Of a stretch of 64,000 bases of DNA, positions 26,297-34,693 are shown one piece after another. The stretch covers positions 5,095 through 69,094 of the forward strand of contig JBMOFC010000005.1 in NCBI GenBank assembly GCA_049314455.1, read 5' to 3'. A program made the position numbers and the translations under genes. A model generated the notes under the pieces. That model was not told where the DNA came from and made no database searches. It saw only the letters and a program-made list of their open reading frames with translations. Position 1 is the stretch's first letter; every line of letters starts with the position of its first letter. The stretch comes from Chthoniobacterales bacterium (lineage in GTDB: Bacteria > Verrucomicrobiota > Verrucomicrobiia > Chthoniobacterales > UBA6821).

Positions 26297-26668
26297 ATGC
26301 CTCTTCATCTTCCCTTTCCACGTAGTGCAAAACTTCGAACGAAGTTTCAGTACACTGCTGTGCGAGAACAAGGAAGGACCAAACGTGGTTCTTTGTTCCG
26401 CCTTTCTGCTCTGAACATAGGTTCCTTAGCAGAAAAGAATCAGCTGACCCAATGTGGCTTTATTGTTTCTCGTCGTGTCGGTAATGCCGTCGTTCGAAAT
26501 CGTGTCAAACGTCGCTTGCGTGAACTTTATCGGCAAGAACGCCCTCTCGTCCCTCCTGATCTCTGGCTTGTGTTCGTGGCGACTCCTCAAGCAGCCAACG
26601 CCACTTTTGCTCAACTCCGTGAGGAATGGCACTATCTTGCAAAAAAACTTTCTCTCTTAAGCAATTGA
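26297..26668 (+). CDS. rnpA: ribonuclease P protein component
   Basis: Basic protein of about 120 aa with VSRRVGNAVVRNRVKRRLRE (the RNR motif). Immediately upstream of yidD-yidC. Confidence 0.8.
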   Translation: MPLHLPFPRSAKLRTKFQYTAVREQGRTKRGSLFRLSALNIGSLAEKNQLTQCGFIVSRRVGNAVVRNRVKRRLRELYRQERPLVPPDLWLVFVATPQAANATFAQLREEWHYLAKKLSLLSN

Positions 26669-26931
26669 TGACAACAAAAAGAAAAATAGACTGTTTTCGT
26701 GGGATTGTTTTTTTTCTTCAACTTCCTGCCCTCCTCTACCGATGGATTCTCTCGCCACTCTTACATGCTCTGTGCGGCCCAGGCTGCGGCTGTCGGCATG
26801 CTCCTAGTTGTTCGCGCTATTGGGTTGAGGCACTGAAAAAGCATGGACCGTGGCGCGGCTTGATTCTAGGAATCAAGCGTCTTCTTAGCTGCCATCCCTG
26901 GGGCCGAGGTGGCTACGATCCGGTGCCGTAG
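26668..26931 (+). CDS. yidD: membrane protein insertion efficiency factor YidD
   Basis: YRWILSPLL....CRHAPSCSRY...A....G...G..L...R...CHPW...GYDPVP. TGATG overlap with rnpA. Confidence 0.85.
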   Translation: MTTKRKIDCFRGIVFFLQLPALLYRWILSPLLHALCGPGCGCRHAPSCSRYWVEALKKHGPWRGLILGIKRLLSCHPWGRGGYDPVP

Positions 26932-27023
26932 AATGAGGAACGTTAGCTCATTAAAGATATCACGAATTTTCTTCGCGATTGCTACCTCATCGGATAGACT
27001 GATCGGCTCTCTTTATTTTTACT

Positions 27024-28802
27024 ATGTTTGACCGTACTACTTGGATCGCTATTGCACTCTCCATTGCAGGCCTTATTGGCTGGCAATGGTACTACACCAA
27101 TAATTATCTTCCCGCAATAGAAGCTCAACGAAAAGCGACCTTAACGCAGCCCCCGACAACGGCATCATTACTTCAAGAATCAACAGCTCCTACCCCTGCT
27201 CCCAAAAAAGAATTGGTCATCGTCAAAGAGAGCATCCCGGAACTACAAACACGTCGAGAAACCTTTGACACCGCAAAAGCTGAATATCTTTTTTCTGACA
27301 ATAGCGGTGGTATTGAAGCAGTCACTCTGTTTCTTCATTTAGGAGAACAAGATCACAGTCTTCAACTCAACAATCTCTCTCCAACACCGATTGGAGCCTT
27401 GCAAGAAAAATCAGGAGACTCCTTCAATACACTCCGTGGATTCGTCATGAATTCGGATAAAACCGCAGAAAATGTTTCTTTCATACGGAGTGAGCCAAGC
27501 GGTTTGAATATTATTAAAAATTTCACCCTGCCACAAACGACTGGCTCACCGCAAGAATACACCGTCGGACTCGATCTAACTTTTGAAAACAAAGGAACAA
27601 TACCCCTTGATATTCCCTCCTATTTTTTATCGTGCGGCGGAGCAACTCCTGTCCATGCTACTGATGCCTCGACCTACACACGCTTTGATTGGTGTAGCAA
27701 AGGAAAGATGACGACCATCGATGTCAATTGGTTTTCTGCAGGAATGATCCCTATTCTTGGCATCGAGACCCATGCAGCTCGCTCCCTCTATGAAATCAAA
27801 AATCCTGACATCGCCTGGACCGCAGTCACGAGCCAATATTTCTGTACGATTTTGACAGCGCAAGAGAAGGAACAGCACGCTTCGGCTTGGGCTTCTCGTT
27901 TTGAAGATGCTCTTATTCCAAAAACAACCGCCAGCAAACCGATTTATGGGATTCAAGGTGGCTTTGTGCTAGAGCCACTCCACCTTGTTCCAGGAGCCTC
28001 CATCACACAGCACTACACGATTTTTGCAGGTCCTAAAGATTTTGCAGCTTTAGAAAAACTCGGTGACGGCCAACAAAACGTGATGAACTTCGGAACATTT
28101 CACCTTGTCTCCGAATTTTTGCTCTGGGCGATGAATCATTTGAAAAAGATTCTCGGCAACTATGCTGCAGCAATCATCGTCTTAACACTCCTCATTAAAA
28201 CAATTCTCTGGCCCATCCAAAACAAAGCCACAAGCTCGATGAAGCGGATGCAGCTTCTCTCTCCACGCATGACCGAGCTGCGCGCCAAGTACAAAGATAA
28301 TCCGACCAAAATGAACGAAGAGCTCATGAAGCTCTACAAACAATATGGGGTCAATCCCTTTGGAGGATGCCTCCCAATGCTTGTCCAAATTCCAATTTTC
28401 TTTGGATTCTATTCCATGCTCGGAACAGCCATTGAACTCCGCAACAGCCATTTTCTCTGGATCCACGATCTTTCTCAACCTGATACCATTGCTCACTTCC
28501 TCCACTATCCCATCAATCTTCTACCCATCATCATGGCTGGAACAATGCTCTGGCAGATGTCTCTCTCGCCTAAGGGAGGCGATCCTGCACAACAACGGAT
28601 CATGTACCTCATGCCCGTGGTCTTCTTGTGCTTTTGTTATAACTTCGCCTCGGCATTAGCACTCTACTGGACCACCCAAAATCTTTTTTCGATCGGACAA
28701 CTCTACCTCACGCGCAACGCTCCACTGCCACAGTTAGAAGAACCAGCACCCAAGAAAAAAAGAAGATTTCAAAAGGCAAAACCTAAAAAGTCGAAACGGT
28801 AA
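27024..28802 (+). CDS. yidC: membrane protein insertase YidC
   Basis: N-terminal TM, large periplasmic domain, conserved C-terminal 5-TM core (GVNPFGGCLPMLVQIPIFFGFY, ALALYWTTQNLFSIGQ) and a basic tail. Confidence 0.9.
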   Translation: MFDRTTWIAIALSIAGLIGWQWYYTNNYLPAIEAQRKATLTQPPTTASLLQESTAPTPAPKKELVIVKESIPELQTRRETFDTAKAEYLFSDNSGGIEAVTLFLHLGEQDHSLQLNNLSPTPIGALQEKSGDSFNTLRGFVMNSDKTAENVSFIRSEPSGLNIIKNFTLPQTTGSPQEYTVGLDLTFENKGTIPLDIPSYFLSCGGATPVHATDASTYTRFDWCSKGKMTTIDVNWFSAGMIPILGIETHAARSLYEIKNPDIAWTAVTSQYFCTILTAQEKEQHASAWASRFEDALIPKTTASKPIYGIQGGFVLEPLHLVPGASITQHYTIFAGPKDFAALEKLGDGQQNVMNFGTFHLVSEFLLWAMNHLKKILGNYAAAIIVLTLLIKTILWPIQNKATSSMKRMQLLSPRMTELRAKYKDNPTKMNEELMKLYKQYGVNPFGGCLPMLVQIPIFFGFYSMLGTAIELRNSHFLWIHDLSQPDTIAHFLHYPINLLPIIMAGTMLWQMSLSPKGGDPAQQRIMYLMPVVFLCFCYNFASALALYWTTQNLFSIGQLYLTRNAPLPQLEEPAPKKKRRFQKAKPKKSKR

Positions 28803-28807
28803 AAATA

Positions 28808-28970
28808 GTTGTAACTACTCAACAGTGGTGTGTTCTTAAAAAGAAAATTGAAATTTGCAAACGATTGTTTTTGTTTAGGAGTTTAGGAGTTTAGGAGTTT
28901 AGAAAATGAGTGAAAGCTGCTTTGCATTCGTTCAGGTAAGCGGAACGTACCCGTTCACTGAAGGGGTACT
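28808..28970. repeat. family F element (half copy) plus H hairpin
   Basis: ...TTGCAAACGATTGTTTTTGTTTAGGAGTTTAGGAGTTTAGGAGTTTAGAAAATGAGTGAAAGCTGC..., ending in GTACCCGTTCACTGAAGGGGTAC. The reverse complement of its left part recurs at 45680-45743. Confidence 0.7.
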
Positions 28971-29913
28971 AGCCTAATGCCAACTCTCGTAATTTCTCCC
29001 ACAGTGCTTTTTCTTCTTCCGAAACACTTGTTGGAATCGTAATATTCACCACCGCAAAGAAGTCACCCCGTCCACCTGATTTGTCAGGAAGACCCTGCTT
29101 GACAATACGGAATTTTTTCCCATTTTCTGTTCCTGGAGGGATTTTTAATTTGGCACGACCATCAGGCGTTGGAATCATTAACTCTCCGCCCAGCACCGCT
29201 TGCCACGGCAGAATGTCCAAGTCGTGGTAAATATTACTTCCTTCAAAATAAAAATCAGGATGCTGCTGCAACTTCACACGAAGATAGAGATCTCCTGGTG
29301 TCCCATGAGGACCACCCGAGCCACCTTGTCCTGCAAGCCGAATCCGTTGTCCTTCATGAACGCCTTGAGGAATTTTAATCGTGTAAGTTTGTATTTTTTG
29401 TGAGGAACCTTTTCTAAAAGAAATTTGGCGTGTGGCTCCATGCAACACCTCTTCGAGAGGAACTAAAATATCGGCTTCGACATCACTCCCACGCTGTGGC
29501 ATTTCTTCAAAACCACCATAACGTGTCTCTCCACGACGCGTGCCAAAAAATTGTTCGAAAAAATCACTATATCCGGTGCCACCAAAGTGAAATTCTTCTC
29601 CACCCATAGGGCCAAAGCCACCCATTCCACTAAATCCTCCTGGCATGCCGCCACTAGCTCCACGAGACCTTCCAGAACTAGCTTGGGACCAATTAGCACC
29701 ATAGGCATCATATTTTTTCCGATTTTCAGGATCACTCAAAACTTCATAAGCCTCATTGATCTCCTTGAATTTCGCTTCAGCTGTTTTTTTATCTTTAGCC
29801 AGATCAGGATGGTGCTTGCGGGCGAGCTTGCGGAAGGCACTTTTGATTTCATCAGCAGTAGCCGATTTGGAAACACCTAACGTTTCATAATAATCACAGA
29901 AAGAAGCAGACAT
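28969..29913 (-). CDS. DnaJ-class co-chaperone without zinc finger (CbpA-like)
   Basis: J domain DYYETLGV...HPD, a G/F-rich region and two C-terminal beta-domains. No CxxCxGxG repeats. Confidence 0.8.
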   Translation of the reverse strand: MSASFCDYYETLGVSKSATADEIKSAFRKLARKHHPDLAKDKKTAEAKFKEINEAYEVLSDPENRKKYDAYGANWSQASSGRSRGASGGMPGGFSGMGGFGPMGGEEFHFGGTGYSDFFEQFFGTRRGETRYGGFEEMPQRGSDVEADILVPLEEVLHGATRQISFRKGSSQKIQTYTIKIPQGVHEGQRIRLAGQGGSGGPHGTPGDLYLRVKLQQHPDFYFEGSNIYHDLDILPWQAVLGGELMIPTPDGRAKLKIPPGTENGKKFRIVKQGLPDKSGGRGDFFAVVNITIPTSVSEEEKALWEKLRELALG

Positions 29914-29980
29914 AGGAAAAAGAAAAATCAGTAAAGGGTGAAGAATAAAGGGTAAAGAGTATTTTTATGATCGAAATAAA

Positions 29981-30145
29981 ATATACCTTTGTCGGATGAA
30001 TTTTAGGATTTTTTTACGCAGCAGTTTTTGAGGCTAGCAAGGCGTCAGAGTGCGCTGCTGCCGAGATAACAGTAGCGATGACAACGATGCTAGCGCCAAA
30101 AAAAACCAGGTAAATTTCCTAAAATTGATTCGAGAAAGGTATAAT
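29981..30145. repeat. family E palindromic element (second copy)
   Basis: ATATACCTTTGTCGGATGAATTTTAGGATTTTT...TTTCCTAAAATTGATTCGAGAAAGGTATA. Confidence 0.7.
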
Positions 30146-30268
30146 ACCTCGAAATTTGTATCTTTGCAAAAATCGTATTTTAAAAACATAAACCTAAAAT
30201 ATGGTGTGCCATTCTTTACTCACTACCCATTACCCGTTACACTTTACGGCATTGTTTTACAATGTCAC

Positions 30269-30799
30269 ATGATCCTCATCATCTCCTGTAGCCATCATCC
30301 TGAAAGCCGTTCTCGCCTCCTAGCACAAGCTGCAGAAAGAGCAGTGAAGCACGTGGGAAATGCAACTCATTTGCTTGATCTGCGCACCATGCCACTTCCC
30401 CTTTGCGATGGCCATTCCACACATCAAGATCCGGTGGTTAAAGAAGCAATTGCCCTAGTAAAATCTGCGGAGGGAATCCTTCTCTCAACACCAATCTACA
30501 ACTATGGTGCCAATGCGATCACCAAAAACTTCATTGAAAATACTGGAGCAGCATGGCAGGGAAAACCAGTGGGGCTGCTCTGCGCTGCCGGAGGAAAGGG
30601 GAGCTATATGGCCCTTGTGCCACTCGCAGGAAGTCTCATGCTCGATTTTCATTGTCATGTTCTCCCTCGCCATGTCTATGCCACAGGCGATCAATTTGAA
30701 GAGAATCACATCATTGATTCAGGACTCCGAGAACGAATTGACCTTATCGCCGCTGATATTTGCTGGCTCTCGAAGATATTTGCCACACGTGTTCAATAA
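30269..30799 (+). CDS. NADPH-dependent FMN reductase family flavoprotein
   Basis: Flavodoxin-like MILIISCSHHPESRSR...STPIYNYGANAITKNFIE pattern. ATG at 30269 is preferred, because the upstream part of the track ORF runs through repeat E2. Confidence 0.55.
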   Translation: MILIISCSHHPESRSRLLAQAAERAVKHVGNATHLLDLRTMPLPLCDGHSTHQDPVVKEAIALVKSAEGILLSTPIYNYGANAITKNFIENTGAAWQGKPVGLLCAAGGKGSYMALVPLAGSLMLDFHCHVLPRHVYATGDQFEENHIIDSGLRERIDLIAADICWLSKIFATRVQ

Positions 30800-30806
30800 A
30801 GTTCAC

Positions 30807-30950
30807 AGAAGTAATTCACAGGGATGAAAGGGATGAAAATAAAATTTGATGAAATAGATTGTCCTTCTTGTATTGGTGACACTTGACCCTTTACTCTTCA
30901 CTCTTTAATTTTCTCCATCCCTTCCATCTCTTTTATCCCCGTGAATTTCT
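30807..30950. repeat. palindromic element with GGGATGAAA-word arms overlapping the bioB start codon
   Basis: AGAAGTAATTCACAGGGATGAAAGGGATGAAAATAAAA ... TTTTCTCCATCCCTTCCATCTCTTTTATCCCCGTGAATTTCT. The GTG at 30941 is the bioB start. Confidence 0.6.
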
Positions 30951-31879
30951 CCCTCACTGACCTTCAATCCATCTACGAAACACCATTCTTTGACCTCATT
31001 CGGCGCTCGAATGAGGTGCATCGAGAACATTGGAGAAACAGTGAAGTGCAGCTCTGCACCTTATTGAGTATTAAAACGGGAGGGTGCAGTGAAGATTGTT
31101 CTTACTGCACACAGAGCGCCCGTTACAAGACAGAGCTCGAAATAGAGCCTTTGATGAAGTGTGAAGAGGTCCTCCCACGTGCGCTCCAAGCCAAGGAAAA
31201 TGGGGCTGCTCGTTTCTGTATGGGAACAGCATGGCGGGGAGTTAGAAGTGGTGATGCCAAATTCAAGGAAGTGCTGAAAACCGTTCGTGAAGTTAGCAAA
31301 TTAGGCATGGAGGTTTGCGTGACCTTGGGACTGCTGGGTGATGAGGAAGCGCGTCAGCTCAAAGAAGCTGGCGTCACCGCCTACAATCATAACATTGATA
31401 CTTCCCCAGAATATTACCCCAACATTATTTCAACACGGACATTTCAAGATAGACTCGATACCATCGGAGCCGTTCAGCGAGCTGGAATTTCTGTTTGCTG
31501 TGGTGGCATTATTGGAATGGGAGAAAGCATTACCGACCGCCTCCGCATGCTCGAAGTCTTATGCAATCTGGATCCCGTTCCTGAAAGCGTGCCACTCAAT
31601 TGCCTTGTTCCCATGCCTGGAACTCCTCTAGCAGATCAACCGCCGGTCGATATTTTTGAATTTGTACGACTCATTGCAACAGCACGTATCGTCTTGCCAA
31701 AAGCCCGTGTCCGCCTCTCCGCAGGTCGTACTCAGCTGAGCCGCGAAGGACAGGCACTTTGTTTTTTTGCTGGAGCGAACTCGATCCATTGTGGTGAAAA
31801 ACTCCTCACTGCCGAAAACCCTGATATCGACGAGGATTTTGAGTTATTAAAGGAGCTCGGGTTACTGAAAAATGGATGA
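30941..31879 (+). CDS. bioB: biotin synthase
   Basis: Radical-SAM CSEDCSYCTQS plus the second-cluster cysteines. YNHNIDTS motif. GTG start. Confidence 0.9.
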   Translation: MNFSLTDLQSIYETPFFDLIRRSNEVHREHWRNSEVQLCTLLSIKTGGCSEDCSYCTQSARYKTELEIEPLMKCEEVLPRALQAKENGAARFCMGTAWRGVRSGDAKFKEVLKTVREVSKLGMEVCVTLGLLGDEEARQLKEAGVTAYNHNIDTSPEYYPNIISTRTFQDRLDTIGAVQRAGISVCCGGIIGMGESITDRLRMLEVLCNLDPVPESVPLNCLVPMPGTPLADQPPVDIFEFVRLIATARIVLPKARVRLSAGRTQLSREGQALCFFAGANSIHCGEKLLTAENPDIDEDFELLKELGLLKNG

Positions 31880-31924
31880 CCATTTTCTAAAAAATGATTG
31901 TCCATTTTTTAGTAGTTGAAGTGA

Positions 31925-32188
31925 AAAGTTGAAGTTGAAGCAGAGATTTCAGAACGCCATTGAGACTTTTCTAGCCACAGTACCCGTTCAGCGGTACGGA
32001 CAACAGAACAGCTCGATCCTCGTGCAAGGGCCCCAGAGGGCTCTCAGTATCCGTTTAGCAGAACGGATTAGGCTATAGCCTTACCCGTCTCTTGAACGGG
32101 TACTAGCCACAAAAAAAGGTAGATCTTCGGCACTCGTTTTCTGAATAGACGTTTTCTTGCTGCTTCAACGTCAACTTTTCACTTCAAC
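31925..32188. repeat. family G element (GTTGAAG-word arms) with internal H hairpins
   Basis: GTTGAAGTGAAAAGTTGAAGTTGAAGCAGAG ... CTTGCTGCTTCAACGTCAACTTTTCACTTCAAC. Internal hairpins TATCCGTTTAGCAGAACGGATA (32048-32069) and TTACCCGTCTCTTGAACGGGTA (32081-32102). Confidence 0.75.
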
Positions 32189-32219
32189 TGGATTCGTTCC
32201 TGTGCACGGATACCTTCAA

Positions 32220-32819
32220 CTACTTAGGCAAACGCTCTTCGACTATTTCGCAAAGCACATGCAGGAGAAATTTTTGAGCTTCTTGAATACGAGCTGTGAC
32301 CGTGCCCGGAACAACAATTTCTAGGTCTGCAACACCTGCGGTAAAGCCTCCTGTTTTCCCAAGGAAAGCAATCGTTTGAATACCTCGCTCTTTGGCCTCT
32401 TCAAGCGCGAGAAGAAGATTACGTGAGTTACCACTCGTACTCAGGACGATAAAAAGATCTCCTTTTTTCCCAAAAGCAGCTACCTGTCGTTGGAATACCG
32501 TCTCAAAATGATAGTCATTGCCAATAGCTGTCATCAAACCTCCATCAACCGTGAATGCCATCGCAGGGTAAGGACGCCGATCATCGCAAAAACGACATGT
32601 GAATTCTGTGGCGATATGGGCACTATCACTAGCACTTCCACCATTACCACAAATCATGAGCTTGTAGCCGGCAAGCAACGTATCTCCGACAAGAGCGGCT
32701 GCTTTTACTACTTTTGGTTGTAGCACGTTTAATTGCTCGAACGTGGTCAAGGCACTAGCGAGCGAATATTCGAACTGACTACTAGGTGAAGGCTTTTGTG
32801 AAGCCGATGGAAAGCTCAT
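32220..32819 (-). CDS. gmhA: D-sedoheptulose 7-phosphate isomerase (SIS domain)
   Basis: ICGNGGSASDSAHIATEF and LSTSGNSRNLL motifs. About 199 aa. Confidence 0.8.
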   Translation of the reverse strand: MSFPSASQKPSPSSQFEYSLASALTTFEQLNVLQPKVVKAAALVGDTLLAGYKLMICGNGGSASDSAHIATEFTCRFCDDRRPYPAMAFTVDGGLMTAIGNDYHFETVFQRQVAAFGKKGDLFIVLSTSGNSRNLLLALEEAKERGIQTIAFLGKTGGFTAGVADLEIVVPGTVTARIQEAQKFLLHVLCEIVEERLPK

Positions 32820-32985
32820 GATATTTTTTCTACATGATGGTAACCACCTGTATTAGAGAGATCAAGTTTTCACATGATCATTTTCTTGTGATTGCAAACA
32901 TTATTTTATTTCGAAGAAATGAAATAATCTTGATAGTTACATTTTCTTTACCACGGATGCCCCTTTCTTTATTCTCCTCAATCCT

Positions 32986-34560
32986 ATGAGTACTCCTCCC
33001 CGTCACGCTATTTCTCCCACACGCCATGAAGATTTTCCGGAATGGTATCAACAAGTTGTGCGGAGTGCTGAGATGGCCGAAAACTCGGAGGTTCGCGGAT
33101 GCATGGTTATCAAACCGTGGGGATATGCCCTTTGGGAACGGATGCAGAGCGTTCTAGATGGGATGTTCAAGGCCACAGGTCATCGCAATGCCTACTTCCC
33201 ACTGTTCATTCCGCTGAGTCATTTGCAAAAAGAAGCAGAGCACGTGGAAGGGTTCGCTAAAGAATGCGCCGTCGTCACACATCATCGCTTGGAAATGAAA
33301 GAAGGAAAACTTATTCCCGCTGGTGAACTGACCGAACCACTCATCATTCGCCCTACTTCGGAAACCATCATCGGTTCTACCTATGCCAAATGGGTAAAGT
33401 CCTATCGCGACCTTCCCATTTTGCTCAATCAATGGGCTAACGTGGTCCGCTGGGAGCTGCGGCCGCGTCTTTTTTTACGCACCGCAGAGTTCCTCTGGCA
33501 AGAAGGACACACCGCTCATGAGACGGAGCAAGAGGCGATTGCAGAGACAGAAAAAATGCATGAAGTCTATCGCATTTTCCTTCAAGATTATCTGGCTGTT
33601 CCGGTAGTGAGTGGTGAAAAAACAGCGAGCGAGCGCTTTCCAGGGGCCGTGCGCACGTACTCACTAGAAGCGATGATGCAAGATGGCAAGGGACTTCAAG
33701 CCACTACCTCTCATTTCTTGGGGCAAAATTTTGCCAAAGCTTTTGGCATTGAATTTCAATCACGCGAAGGAAAGCTGGAATATGCTTGGACCACTAGCTG
33801 GGGAGCTACGACGCGCCTCATTGGGATGCTACTTATGGTTCATGGCGATGATGATGGTGCTATCCTGCCTCCGCGTGTCGCAGCAAGCCAAGTCGTCATT
33901 ATTCCTTTTATTCCAAAAGAAGAACAACGCACCGCCATCCTTGAAAAAGCAGACGCAATCGCACTCCTACTACGCACCATAAAATACGCTGGAGAAGCCG
34001 TACGTGTAGAAATCGATAGTCGCGATGTCGGTGGAAGTACCAAAAATTGGGACTGGATCAAGCGCGGAGCCCCATTGCGTCTAGAAATTGGACCGCGTGA
34101 CTTGGAAGCAGGAACCGTAGCCCTTGCACGACGCGATCGTGCTCCGAAAGAAAAAGAATCTATCTCCATGGAAGCACTTTCAGAGCGCATCCCAGAAATC
34201 TTGGCTGAAGTTCAACACTCACTTTGGGAACGTGCTCTTGCTTTTCAAAAAAAACAGACCTACGAAATTGACACGAAAGAGGAGTTTTATAATTTTTTTG
34301 GCTCTAATAAAACACCTGTTTCAAACAACAAATCTGAAAGATCTCTTTCCAAATATGCTGGTGAGGATGAAACAAAAAAAGTCGACGGCGGCTTTGCCTT
34401 AACCCACTGGAACGGCTCTGCAGAAGTCGAGGCCAAACTCAAAGAAGAGCTCAAAGTAACCATCCGCTGTATTCCTCATGAAAGAAATCCGGTTCCTGGG
34501 ATATGCCCCTTTACCGGAGAGCCAAGCGCTCAGCGCGTTCTCTTTGGAAAGGCGTATTGA
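32986..34560 (+). CDS. proS: proline--tRNA ligase, archaeal/eukaryotic-like type
   Basis: FPEWYQQVV..A......VRGCMVIKPWGYALWE N-terminus, class II motifs (RPTSET, FLRTAEFLWQEGHTAH) and a C-terminal Zn-binding domain ending ..FGKAY. Confidence 0.9.
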   Translation: MSTPPRHAISPTRHEDFPEWYQQVVRSAEMAENSEVRGCMVIKPWGYALWERMQSVLDGMFKATGHRNAYFPLFIPLSHLQKEAEHVEGFAKECAVVTHHRLEMKEGKLIPAGELTEPLIIRPTSETIIGSTYAKWVKSYRDLPILLNQWANVVRWELRPRLFLRTAEFLWQEGHTAHETEQEAIAETEKMHEVYRIFLQDYLAVPVVSGEKTASERFPGAVRTYSLEAMMQDGKGLQATTSHFLGQNFAKAFGIEFQSREGKLEYAWTTSWGATTRLIGMLLMVHGDDDGAILPPRVAASQVVIIPFIPKEEQRTAILEKADAIALLLRTIKYAGEAVRVEIDSRDVGGSTKNWDWIKRGAPLRLEIGPRDLEAGTVALARRDRAPKEKESISMEALSERIPEILAEVQHSLWERALAFQKKQTYEIDTKEEFYNFFGSNKTPVSNNKSERSLSKYAGEDETKKVDGGFALTHWNGSAEVEAKLKEELKVTIRCIPHERNPVPGICPFTGEPSAQRVLFGKAY

Positions 34561-34693
34561 GTTTGATAGTTAACTTACTTTCTATTAACTTGTTTTCACA
34601 AAATAAGTTGACCATTAGAATATTTAAGGTTGCTATTTGTTAACAACTTATAACAATTTTTCATAACCTCCCGTTTTGTCCTTATTTTTTCTT

